DNA from: Priapulus caudatus
Lineage: Eukaryota
Direction of reading: 5' to 3'
Assembly: GCF_000485595.1 (NCBI RefSeq)
Contig: NW_014577073.1
Span: forward strand, 985,668-1,005,667
Length of the DNA stretch: 20,000 nucleotides
This document shows positions 1 to 11,888 of this stretch, piece by piece. A model generated the notes under the pieces. The model was not told the DNA's origin, made no database searches, and worked only from the letters and a program-made list of their open reading frames with translations. The first letter of the stretch is position 1, and each line of letters opens with the position of its first letter. The translations under genes and the position numbers were made by a program.

Positions 1-247
1 CGCTGTAGTATTAATACTAAATTTTAAGTTTCCCGCAGGTTCTGCGCAACTCTTTGTATTCACTTTTTTTTAATGCTGCATAACTCCGGAATAGACAACT
101 AACACAACAAATAACTATCGATGAGTGTTGACTCATCAGGAAGATAATACGTGACTAAGATCCACCGCACTACCTCAAATATATCCAACATGTTTCTCAT
201 TCAATGTCATGAGGAGCGATAAATCACAAACAAATATATTCATATTC

Positions 248-402
248 ATATATATATATATATTTATATATATATATAAATATATAAATAAATAAATAAA
301 TATATATATATATATATAAGAGAGAGAGAGAGAGGAGGGGGAGAGAGGGAAGAGAGACGAAAGAGAGAGCGAGGATAGGTAGATATCAAGATAGATAGAT
401 AT
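248..402. repeat. Compound microsatellite (TA)n-(TAAA)n-(GA)n-(GATA)n
   Basis: Directly visible tandem di- and tetranucleotide tracts; boundaries approximate. Confidence 0.95.
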
Positions 403-489
403 CAAGAGTCCATAATAAAAGATATATATTATAAGTTAACATATACACTATAGTATATTATGAGTTACATGCCAGAAACTTGGATCATA

Positions 490-1730
490 GAGGTCAACTA
501 CCGACTGTCCCAGATAGTGCAGCGGCGCGGTCCATCATTCTTATAGGAGAGCGCGGCGCTATCGCAGTGCGCGTCGGCAGCGGAGACTGTGCGGGGCAGG
601 CAAGCCACTCCGCCGAGATCGCTGAAAGCAGCGATGGATTGACGGTCGGTCCATCGCGTGAGCGTCGTCTTTCCGGCGACCGAGCATTGTAAGGACACGG
701 GCAGCGAGGCTTACGGGCAGGGGCATCAAACGACCGCGGGCAGCACATCCGGCATGATCTCGACAGCCTTGCGTGGAAAGCAGGATCGATCATGCGCTCG
801 CGAATTGCGTCATCGACGACAATACGCGTACGCGACTTCTCGGGCGGCGCGGCTGTTGTTGCGCTGGTGTGCTGCTGGCTCACCGACGCAGACGGACTTG
901 TGCTTAAAAGATCAGGGAGTCGACTAGGAAGCGATGTCGCGACATCGCGCGTTTTGTGTCGTCCGTCTTCCAGTGCAAACCCTCTAACGACGTTTCCTCT
1001 GCTGTGTTATTCTCGCGTTGATTGCTGCAATTGCTGTCCGAGGAAATTATCTCGCTCGCGAGCTCCATGGAAGGTGAAGTTTCGCAGTTTTGCGGCACGC
1101 GTACAACGTCGCTACGTATTATTGTTACGCCGATAGAAGCTAAAGAGATAAGCCGATAGAGCTAGCGCATAGGATCTTTTCTCTACAGAGTCCGACGTAA
1201 GAGATAGCTAGATTCACATGGGAGACGCGTGTAGCGGCGGACCGTGGGTCTGAGTGTAGGGAGGCGGCGGCGTGACTGAGCTCAGTATTGCGCTGTCGTA
1301 CGGAGACGTCGATCTGCGCGCGCGTCACTTCATACACCCGCACGCCGAACTCTCCGCTTAATAACGCCGCCGCCGCCGACCTCGCTGATTATGTACCTCC
1401 TGCGGCTAGTGCGCATTGTTGCGCACCGACCAGGCGTGGCTGGCGTGCGCCGTCCGGGTAATTACGCTGTGGGCGGGGTGTAGCGGCGGAAACCGCCCTC
1501 TACAATCTTAATTAACCTCCGAATGGCGGGATTAGCCGAATTTTGCGCACTCGCCCGCGAGCGCACGTGGCGAAGCCGCCGAGCCCCTAAACTCGTCCTT
1601 AGGCGCGGATTTCCCGCGGATCGCCCGGCACAACAGCACCCGATCCCAAATTGAAACGCTTTCGACGCAACTTAATGTGCGCGATCATTGGTGCGGTATG
1701 GTTGCTATTTAAACGCAGCGAGAGGGCGCC
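490..1730. promoter_or_regulatory. GC/CpG-rich island, possible promoter/first-exon region
   Basis: Sharp rise in GC and CpG relative to AT-rich flanks; (GCC)n at ~1366-1378, GC-box-like GGGCGGGG at ~1471-1478. Function is inferred only. Confidence 0.35.
934..1073 (+). CDS. Candidate first coding exon with signal-peptide-like segment, interrupted by an in-frame TAA
   Basis: ATG 934 frame reads MSRHRAFCVVRLPVQTL*RRFLCCVILALIAAIAVRGNYLARELHG; basic n-region, long hydrophobic core, V-x-G cleavage-like site; possible phase-2 donor AAG|GTGAAG at 1073/1074. TAA at 985-987 breaks the frame. Confidence 0.25.
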
Positions 1731-1929
1731 TTTTGGTTAAGGAATATATATTTAATTTAAGTTGGACCGGGATTGATCCTGAAGGCTAAACAATTTACAT
1801 TATATCCAGTACGCTAACATACTCGCTGAAGCTTGTACGAAACGATTTTTCGAATCAGTTATATGGGGAAAAATAACACTGCCTAATTCAAACTCAACAT
1901 ACTAACACAATCAACGCTCTAAGAAGGAC

Positions 1930-2036
1930 TTCTCTCTCGCCTCTCTCTCTCTTCTCTCTCTCATCTCCTCCTCTCTCTTTCTCCTCTCCTTTCATCTCTA
2001 TCTCTCTTTGGTTGTGTGGTGGTGTGTGTGTGTGTG

Positions 2037-2075
<39 letters not shown>

Positions 2076-2122
2076 GAAACAGAGAGAGAGACAGGGAGAG
2101 AGAGAGAGAAAGCGAGAGAGAG
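1930..2122. repeat. Compound microsatellite (CT)n-(GT)n-(GA)n
   Basis: CT-rich ~1930-2008, (GT)n ~2010-2070, GA-rich ~2071-2122. Confidence 0.95.
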
Positions 2123-2124
2123 AT

Positions 2125-2260
2125 CATTGTCCATCGTAGCTTCATACGTGTTTAGATGCTAAAAGCGTATTATGGATGCAATATATACGAGTTCCTACGG
2201 TTGTCCATGCAATGCGCACGTGGACAGCCACTATACTTACGTCAGTATAATGGACAGATG
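2125..2260. other. Cluster of nested inverted repeats built on TGTCCA/TGGACA, possible transposon end
   Basis: GGTTGTCCATG (2199-2209) pairs with CGTGGACAGCC (2219-2229) with two G-T pairs; outer CATTGTCCAT (2125-2134) vs ATGGACAGATG (2250-2260); near-palindrome TATACTTACGTCAGTATA (2232-2249). Confidence 0.45.
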
Positions 2261-2858
2261 AAGCGTCTCAAATCAATAGCAAGGTTTGTCTAAAGTGCCG
2301 GAGGGCTCACATTTCTTACTAGCATTCATCCCGGTACACGAACGGTGCAACACTGCTACGAAAATATTGTTACTATGACAGTGGGTGCTCGCACAAATAT
2401 CTGACGGGAACTCGGGAGGGAATACGTCACCTTTGATACGACCAAAAGTTGACTTAGCAAATACATCCGCGGCGTAATTAGTTTTCACTACCTGGAATAT
2501 GAATCTGGAAATCAGGCAAAGTTGCGCGATGCGCGTTTCTGTATCGGGAAAACCTACAGGATTGTCGCCGCGCCAGATACATGCGGGGTCTCGGGCCTTC
2601 ACGCGAGCACGCGATGCTGTGTTGGCTGACCTAAATCTATGGTCACCTGTGCGAGTGGGGGAGCCACCTCCCTCTCTGCACATCATTACCTACACAATGC
2701 AACGTGAATGCATGCTAGCAGCTAGGGTGGGCGCACGCGTTCTCTGTGCCATTTGTGTTCACTGAAGACTGCTCGCGTGATAATATTGTGAAGATGTAAA
2801 AAAAGGTAACAAATAAAGTGCCTGTAGTAATCTTTACGAGAAATAAGCTGTTCACTGC

Positions 2859-2900
2859 GATAATAATAACAACAACAATAATAATAATAATAATAATAAT
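2859..2900. repeat. (AAT)n/(AAC)n trinucleotide microsatellite
   Basis: Directly visible. Confidence 0.95.
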
Positions 2901-3464
2901 ACCAGTAATACTCAAGCAATACATGCAGATGATATCACATTTGGTAAGGCGATTTATTCTCATTTATCGACGAATAAATTAATTGACGGGTTACTTTGAA
3001 GTTTAATCACATCGAACTTTTCAAATCAGCTTTTGCTTTGTTCTTGGCGGCGTTACAAAACGATCTAGTACAAACCAATAGAAGGAACGTCGCTTGCAAG
3101 TCGCTACCTACAGCTTCCTTTGAATTATAATAGTAAAGAGCGTCCGGAAAATGGTGCCATTAAGAATTCAAGAGACGGTCGTGAACCCGATACGGCGTGT
3201 TAGCTTTCGCGCCGAGTAGCGTATAGAAAACGTTTCGTAAACCTAGCGCGTATTTTGGCATCAGATCTATTTTCTGGGCCGTGACCGAGATTTCATGGTC
3301 GCTTACATGCAGAAACCTGCTGCCATGCACTAGTCACTCAAGCTCACTGCGTAGCGCCGTGATATTGAAAATTGCTAAAGCAATCATTTATGGCTCATAT
3401 ATTTCCTGCCGCTGCACTTACATAATAAACTATAAAGCTTATGTGAAACTAAGAGTGAAAGAGA

Positions 3465-3582
3465 GATGGAAGGATGGGTAGACGGAGGGCCGGACGAACG
3501 GACGGAAGGACGAATGAACGGAAGATCGGATAAATTTACATATAAACACGGCCGTAGGAAATTTCGATGGAAAATTTCCTAC
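3465..3582 (-). mobile_element. Possible 5' remnant of a DINE-1/HINE-like (Helentron non-autonomous) element
   Basis: Perfect 11-bp inverted repeat GTAGGAAATTT (3554-3564)/AAATTTCCTAC (3572-3582) next to a degenerate (GGAC/GGAT/GAAC)n tract at ~3465-3531, i.e. hairpin followed by (GTCC)n on the minus strand as in DINE-1. No 3' end found. Confidence 0.35.
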
Positions 3583-4504
3583 CAACAACATCAAAAGACG
3601 AAAATGCCTAGATTTCTGTCCTTCGATTCAAACACCAGTTCCAGTTCAACATGCACATATCTAGTATTTATCCGCATACCCACGTTCGCATTTCAAAGCC
3701 AGACGCGCATAACAGAAGCAGGAAATGTGGCAATGCCTCACACCTGCTGCCGCGTGCAGCCGACCCGCATCAATGCGAAAAGAATCATTCGTTGTTTTTC
3801 TTCTAATGAAAGACAGTTTATAGATACGTGTCGAAGCCGTGCGCATTGTCAACCGGAGAAGACGGGAAAATATTTTCACAAGAAGTGGGCAGTGGCGAGC
3901 AAATATTGCAAATAGGCATGGCTCACCTGCTGTTTGTAGCAACACTCGAGAAAGCCTGCTGCCGATCGGCGTACACATTGTCACGTTCCTCGCCATTCAT
4001 CATACTAACTCCCCTATAACTCCTACCATATTGTACGCCTTGAAAACAAATTTGTTTTCTTTGCTGTCCACATTATGGCACCTCTTTACGGTTATAAAAC
4101 TGTAACCTCTGGCGCGCTGCGCAAATACGATTTGGTTAACCTTTTTCGATAAGGAGCTGCGCAACGCAAACAGCGAAGTGTATGCAGCGGAGACGCACAG
4201 ACGAAGCCCAGACCTCGGCTAGGAATTACCGCTAATCCACACACAACAACGGCGCCCGTGTATTGCAAGCACTTCGTTTACTTAATAGACTAATTGCTGG
4301 CGTGTGCGCGACGGATTAGCATTAATCAAAGCGAGCAACGGCGAGATATTGAGCTTTATAGAGTCGTGCGTGTGGATCTGGAGTTGTGTAACTATACCTG
4401 CGGGTAACAGTACAAGTGGCATTAATTTGACGACGATGTATACGAAAACACCTAGCAGGTTATACGCGAGGATGTAACCTTGTGTTCTTATGGGCGCAGG
4501 CCCA

Positions 4505-4713
4505 CGAAAGCCCAAATGGCTCATTCGAAATTCGAAATTCGAAAATCGACTTCTAAAGACGTTTGTAACCAATCCGATTATGGGTTACATCCCACCGTTC
4601 ACCTAACCAATTAAAATACGGATTTTATTCTCTAGTTATGCTAGAAATTTGAATTTCGAGATTTAAAATTTTAAAAATAACATTCTAATTTCGAATAGGT
4701 CGCCTGATTTTCC
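4505..4713. mobile_element. Degenerate MITE related to the 5670-5956 element
   Basis: Left end CGAAAGCCCAAATGGCTCAT matches that element's TIR (CGAAAGCCCAAAAGGCTCAT) at 19/20; followed by (TTCGAAA)x3; decayed inverted heptamers at ~4645-4697 and a weak right end ...TTTTCC-TA at 4713-4715. Right boundary uncertain. Confidence 0.6.
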
Positions 4714-4935
4714 TATCAGACCGATAACAACGTCTGTCGCCCATTGTGGTCCACAAGCATTTCTATACTATATGGAATTTACCATTGTGCTTATATTGGC
4801 ATGCTTCTATAGAATGTAACACATCAAATTACTTTCATTATTATACTAACATGCTGTTTATGCCAAAGTAGGCTATTATAAACCTCACACGTTCATATAC
4901 ATTCTATTCTTTCTCAATATTACGCCATTGCTGCT

Positions 4936-4974
4936 ACAGCTGCTACTCATATACTCTTGCTACTACTGCTGCTG

Positions 4975-5040
<66 letters not shown>

Positions 5041-5062
5041 TTACTACTACTANNNNNNNNNN

Positions 5063-5095
<33 letters not shown>

Positions 5096-5184
5096 CACTA
5101 CTACTACTACCATACTACTACTACTACTACTATTGGTGGTGCTGCTGCCGCTGCTGCTACTACTACTGCTACTACTACTATTAT

Positions 5185-5233
<49 letters not shown>

Positions 5234-5342
5234 GCTACTACTGCTGCTGCTGCTGCTACTACTACTGCTACTACCACCACTTCTACAACTACTACTACTG
5301 CTACTACTGCTGCTACCACCCCTACTACGACTACTACTACCA

Positions 5343-5377
<35 letters not shown>

Positions 5378-5400
5378 ACTACTGCTACTACTACTACTAT

Positions 5401-5457
<57 letters not shown>

Positions 5458-5505
5458 TACTACGAGTACTACTACCACTACTACTACTACTGCTGCTGCT
5501 GCTAG

Positions 5506-5558
<53 letters not shown>

Positions 5559-5667
5559 TTACTTTTACTACTACTACTACTTCTTCTTCTTCTTCTTCTT
5601 CTTCCTAATCTTACTCATCTTCTACTACTACGATTTCTAAGGCTGCTGCTGCTACCACTACTGCTAC
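4936..5667. repeat. Long (TAC)n/(TGC)n trinucleotide array with a (TTC)n segment
   Basis: Directly visible; (TTC)n at ~5581-5604; contains the N gap. Confidence 0.97.
5053..5062. other. Assembly gap (10 N)
   Basis: Ten N bases inside the (TAC)n tract; true gap length unknown. Confidence 0.99.
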
Positions 5668-5669
5668 TA

Positions 5670-5956
5670 CGAAAGCCCAGAAGGCTCATGGGAAATGCGA
5701 AATGCTAAGTGCGGAAAGCTAAAAGCGGAAAGTGTAATACAGAACCAATAGTACCAGATAATAAGAGACTCAGTATTACAAAAGCTAAGCATGCGGAAAG
5801 CTAAGTGCTGATTCGCTGTACATAAAGTCGCAGTTTACATTTCGCATTTCGCATCTTGCATTTCGCATTTCGCATCTCGCATTTCGCATTTCGTATTTCG
5901 CATCTCGCATTTCGCATTTCGCATTTCGCATTTTGCATGAGCCTTTTGGGCTTTCG
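5670..5956. mobile_element. Non-autonomous TIR transposon (MITE), 287 bp, TA-flanked
   Basis: TA-CGAAAGCCCAGAAGGCTCATG (5668-5690) vs CATGAGCCTTTTGGGCTTTCG-TA (5936-5958): 22/23 inverted match, extending to 35/38; internal ~14 x CATTTCG heptamer array (~5838-5938); interrupts a TAC/TGC microsatellite. Confidence 0.9.
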
Positions 5957-5958
5957 TA

Positions 5959-6138
5959 TGCTACTGCTTCTGCTACTGCTCCCGCTTCTACTGCTACCAC
6001 TACTGCTACTGCTTCTGCTACTGCTGCCGCTTCTACTGCTACTACTACTGCTGCTGCTGCTGCCACTACTGCTACTGCTTCTGCTACTGCTGCCGCTTCT
6101 ACTGCTACTACTACTGCTGCTATCGCAGCTGCTGCTGC
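5959..6138. repeat. (TGC/TAC)n array with higher-order ~38-bp motif
   Basis: GCTACTGCTTCTGCTACTGCTGCCGCTTCTACTGCTAC-like motif at ~5960, ~6005 and ~6071. Confidence 0.9.
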
Positions 6139-7626
6139 GTGACTCTATACAATGATGTTTTCCCTGCCAAACCTTGCGTCTTATACATTACTTAATTTCG
6201 CTCACGCACTCTATATGTTGCCAAGCATAAGCGGCATGATGAACTGGGCACGTAAGGAAATAACGTTACAATTACTACATTCTTGAAGATTCGTGAACAT
6301 TAAATTTCACGTTTTATATTCGCCTGTTTTTTGCGCCTATTTGTCGTCGTTGCGTTTTAATGCAGTTATGCAGATTGCATGAGTGCGAAGAAATTACATA
6401 ATAGTATCTATTCGAAAATTAGATGCCTTACGCGTAAATCGCCATACCTTGCACACAGTTAATTATGCTCGCGATAACAGACAGTTAATTTCAACGATTT
6501 TACGAAACTTCTCAAGTTATAATGATTCGGTCCATGAAAATTGTAATTTACTTCTTCGTGCGGGCCCATATAACGTGAATAGCTAAATTAATTTTTTAAA
6601 GTATTCAGTAGTAATTGCATAAATGATTACAGAGCGTATTTATGTGCAGCGCGTATGTATATCGAAATGTCTGGCCAACCTTAGACTATATCCACGGGTA
6701 TTAAGCGAGCAAAAAATTATAAATAGCATCTATAGGAGCTATAAACGTGCACTGCAGTAGGCTATAAGGTTAATTACGCGTATGGACCCATTACAGTTCC
6801 CAGTGTGCCGTAATTCAAACGGTCTTGCGGTGTCTCACTTTAATTTATACCCCACAGTAAGCTTAGAATTAATGTACATTTTTGGTACCGCCTTCCGTAT
6901 AACCACAGCAATCGACAACGTTAAACGTAGCAGTAAGGTCCATATTTACGTTTAAGATCTTCTGATAATGCATGTACGCAGCATTTCGTCCGTATATATA
7001 CTATTCATGATCACACCCTTACATCGCTCAATGCCGCCTAAAGGTGTACGAACGGCGAAAAGCGAGGTGCACCTTCTACAGACGTTGTTTGATTCCAGAA
7101 CATGCTAAAACTATAAAGGCCTAACGTGTGATATGTGAAGAGGAATGTTGGGAAACGATGATGGCAGGCACCAATTTAGTTGGCAACGAATAATTTCTAC
7201 TGGTGCAAAAACAAGAGAGTGTGGTTTAGATATTGCATAGTATCATGATAGTATCGAACCTTTTCCTACCCCCTGTCTATGTATTTGAAACTTTCAGTGA
7301 TACAATATCCGCTACAAACCTATATCATAACCATCGACAACGATTGAATGGCGTCCGGTAGCTGGTAAAGAATACGTTGACGAGTGAGGGGAAGACATTG
7401 TGTGAGAGAGGGGGAGAGGGCAAAAGACATGCTAAAACACATAAAAGGAGGTAAATGATAGGAATAAAACAAGGAAAAGTAAATGATAAAAAGATGATAC
7501 CTATCTGCTAATTATCTATGAACCAACATAAACGCAATAACACGATTTAGCCAAGTGTTATATTCTGTTTTCTGAAGGATACACAGGGTTTCCAGTCACG
7601 CGCTCTCCACACCTACCTCATACCCA

Positions 7627-8002
<376 letters not shown>

Positions 8003-8085
8003 GGTGGCGTTGTTAGAGCGCGGATAGCTTGTCATGAAGCGGACGAGGCAAGCCGTGCGCTCGTGCATGTGATACGCCGCAATTA

Positions 8086-8218
8086 GTCAGCGCGGGGCGG
8101 CGGCATCGTCAGCGCGGGGCGGCGGCATCGTCAGCGCGGGGCGGCGGCATCGTCAGCGCGGGGCGGCGGCATCGTCAGCGTGGAGCGGCGGCATCGTCAG
8201 CGTGGGGGTAGCGGCATC
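8086..8218 (+). repeat. GC-rich 22-bp minisatellite, 6 copies
   Basis: GTCAGCGCGGGGCGGCGGCATC identical at 8086, 8108, 8130, 8152; diverged copies at 8174 and 8196 (23 bp). No spacers. Confidence 0.97.
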
Positions 8219-9314
8219 GTCTCCCGCCATCTGCGTCGCCGCTGCTGCGTGCGTCGTCGCCGGACGGCGTGTCGCGCGTTTCCCCGGGACCATAAATCAG
8301 TGACTACGAACGTGGAGAGGTCAATCGCGGTTTTCACCGAATTCCTGTCACCCGTGTCGGCTTTTAGTGGCTCCGATTGGCGAAGCGCATGCAGATAGGC
8401 GCCTCGTTTACATATGCAGCGGAATTATATTACAAGGATATTATTCGTAATTTAATTACGGGGGAAGTGCTATCGATCAGGGCCTTTGTACATTTCACCT
8501 CGCGTTAATTGAAACCCTTGCGCATTACGCTCCCGGCATGAATGTTTTAGTTATGTTTATTATATATGATGATGCTTATAATTGAAAATCGCGTAAATAA
8601 TTTAGCAGACAGTATGAATACCTGCGTGATGGCCTAATGGTGTCGTCAAAGACAACGATTGCGAGGTATCGATTCGCGCTCTCTCTCTCCCGCTCCTCGC
8701 CAAGCCTTTGTGAAGCACTTTCAAGGCTCTTTCAAACAAACCAGAGGCGCGCTGTGGGTTAACGACTAGGGGTTGCGAGACAGCAACGGCTCCGCGTCGA
8801 TTTAATCTAAGAAAAACTAACGAGTAAAGCCGAGGTAAAGCCACCCTGGTGAGTGGAACACCGCCTGCACGTGACCCCCTAGCGGTAGGGTCGCGATAAG
8901 AAGAAATGCCTTGTCGATAAAGTTTCGCGCATTCACGCCTAAGAATCAAACATTTACAACGAGTATAAGCGTGTAAATGACGCTATCACACCGACACTCG
9001 ACGAACAGCAACATAAATACTTTACTCGCGAAAAGTTTCCGCGCGCTGAGTCGAGATTTCCGATAAACTTTCCAAGAATATCCGATTCTGTGTATACGCC
9101 TCCGTGTGTCGGCATCGCGTGGCGTACATGTGCTGCTACCGTAACATGACTTCAGTCGCCAGCCTGCCTTATCGGCGATGTGAAAGCGCCAACGCAGTCA
9201 CGCTAACTGCAGGCGCAGAGTTGCTTAATTTGTCGGTTTAATTACCCGTAATTAAACGGCTTTTGGAAGGTTTTCCCGACCATACTGGTAACTCCTCAAT
9301 TTATGTAATGTGAA

Positions 9315-9338
9315 TATATATATATATATATATATATA
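9315..9338. repeat. (TA)n microsatellite
   Basis: Directly visible. Confidence 0.95.
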
Positions 9339-9874
9339 TTGGAGTCTTTATAGTCGCATAGCGTACTGCAAAGAGATAAGAGGTTGCATAATACTTATCG
9401 GTGGAAGCGATTACTGCTCGTACACCCATCCGGTAACTCTTTGATGCTTTTGTAAGAGCCTGCTCTACACACCGATTATTTATATACAGATGTGTGAGTC
9501 GCGAAAATAATTATTGTAATCATGCGAACAGGATGCGCTAACCACCAGACGTCAACCCCATGCACGTAACATCAACAGGCAATTGACATGGTCCATTAAT
9601 TGTTTACCTTATCTGTGACAGTAATACGGAAACGGAACATTAACGCCCAATTTTCTAGCAGAGTCCCGTGTGAAAATAAGGCCATGTTTACTTTAGTAAT
9701 ATTAGTTAGATACGCTTACATCATGAGTATTGTTATGGCATGTTGTGGCATGGCATGCAGGCAGCACTATCCACGTAAACAGATAACGGTCGCACAAGGG
9801 GGGGGATGCGGTCTAAAAAAGGTTAAGGCGTAGTTATATCGCACCTACCTTATCTACAATAAAGCCTGGATTAT

Positions 9875-9878
<4 letters not shown>

Positions 9879-9920
<42 letters not shown>
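9879..9920. repeat. (TA)n microsatellite at left junction of duplication copy A
   Basis: Directly visible; sequence upstream is not shared with copy B. Confidence 0.95.
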
Positions 9921-9924
<4 letters not shown>

Positions 9925-10748
9925 CTGACATTCTCTGACTGACTTCTCGACATACTGACATACTACATATTCTTTATATTATTGTTTTATGTTATTTACA
10001 TCGATCACAATAGCATTTTAATTTATGCTGAGCCGCGCGTGCTCACATATATTAGTCCGTGGTTAACAACATGTTCTGCTTGCATCTATGACAATACGAC
10101 ATACGCATATACGCTCTCCTATGACACTATTTATTATAGAAGCGATATGAAGAATATTGGGCGAGTGCAACTTCGTTCCGCTTTACAGCTGAAATTCACT
10201 GCTTGCGTACATAATAGCGCTCCTAAATCCTATGATGCGCCACAAACATACAACAATATTTATCATAGGAAGAATCTTCTTATGACAAATAGTGTAATAG
10301 TAGAGCGTATTATGTGTATGTCCGTATTTGTCATAGATGCTAGAAGAACAGGCTGAGTTACTCGTAACAATGTCCCGTAATTAGAATTTACGTTGCATCG
10401 TTGATTCTAATTTACGGTTGGTTCTAATTACGATATCTGCTAATACTTCTCGGCCGCGCAGGCAGAGCCGACAATAATAATTCTAATTCTAGTTTTTATA
10501 AAATTATGTTCCTGGCATACTTCTCGCAGTTATTTATTTTTTTATTTTTTGGCGTAATATTAATTCCCAGCATGATGACGACGCTGAATAGAATATCGCA
10601 TAAGTAACTTCTAAACGTACTATAGATGCATTATACGAAGGTACTCTATTGTCTTAATAGTTACTATTGGCAGTATAAACGTCTTCGTTAGCGTGGCACT
10701 GTCATTATCAATATAAACGTGAATTCGCCTGTTAAATGCTACTGGAGG

Positions 10749-11437
10749 CGCACGCACGCACGCAACGGTGCACACAGACTACACACTCCTCACCATACAC
10801 ACATACTCGCACGTATGCATCATGACGTACGCACACGCACACGCCCTCGCACACACACACACACGCCCTCGCACACACACACGTACGCACACATACACGT
10901 ACACGTACGTACGCACACAGGCACGCCCATCCGCACACCACACGTACGCACACACACACGTACACGTACGTACGTACACGAGGCACGCCCTCGCACACAC
11001 ACGTAACGCACACCACACGTACACGTACGTACGCACACCACATACGTACACGTATGTACGCATACGGCACGCCCTCGCACACACACACACGTACGTACGC
11101 CACACGTACACGTACGTACGCACAGCAACGGCACGCCTTTCGCACACACACACGTTACGCACACACACCAACGTACACGTACGTACGCACACACACATAC
11201 GTACACGTTACGTACGCCACGGGTACGCCCTCGCACACACACACGTACGTACGCACACAAGTACACGTACGTACGCACACGGGCACGCCATCCCGCACCA
11301 CACACACGTACGCACACACAAACATACGTACACGTACGTACGCACACGCACACGCCTCGCACACACACACGTACGCACACATACACACACACACACCACA
11401 CACACACACACACATACACACACCACACAACACCACC

Positions 11438-11470
<33 letters not shown>

Positions 11471-11806
11471 ACACGTCCGCACGCATACGCACACGCTCGC
11501 CTGCGTTCAGATACATTGCCAGCACGCGTGCGTCCGTCAATTCAAATACACGTACGCATACGGGCACGCCTTCGCACACACACACACGTACGCACCACAC
11601 ACACGTACACGTACGTACGCACACACACATACGTACACGTACGTACGCACACGGGTACGCCCTCGGCACACACACACGTACGTACGCACACAAGTACACG
11701 TACGTACGCACACGGGCACGCCCTCGCACACACCACGTACGCACACACAAACATACGTACACGTACGTACGCACACGCACACGCCCTCGCAACACACACA
11801 CGTACG

Positions 11807-11888
<82 letters not shown>

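Noticed and set aside
494..1006. Minus-strand 129-aa ORF (open frame extends to 1006)
   Set aside because: GTG start, no recognisable domain or good splice sites; long open frames are expected in GC-rich DNA.
4524..4544. Heat-shock element in (TTCGAAA)n
   Set aside because: GAA/TTC spacing does not fit nGAAnnTTCn; explained as MITE subterminal repeat.
2273..4572. Unique-sequence ORFs 2273-2686(-), 3466-3915(+), 4282-4572(-)
   Set aside because: No recognisable family motifs; two begin within repeats or MITE sequence. Small exons cannot be excluded without RNA data.
4928..6155. Poly-Thr/Ala/Tyr/Leu ORFs resembling mucin or antifreeze glycoprotein
   Set aside because: Pure TAC/TGC microsatellite translation, crossing an N gap and split by a MITE; no splice or signal context.
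8086..8218. CRISPR-like repeat array
   Set aside because: Units are head-to-tail with no spacers, no cas genes, eukaryotic context.
8609..8665. Possible phase-2 internal exon (QYEYLRDGLMVSSKTTIA)
   Set aside because: Acceptor lacks a polypyrimidine tract and the donor GTATCG is weak.
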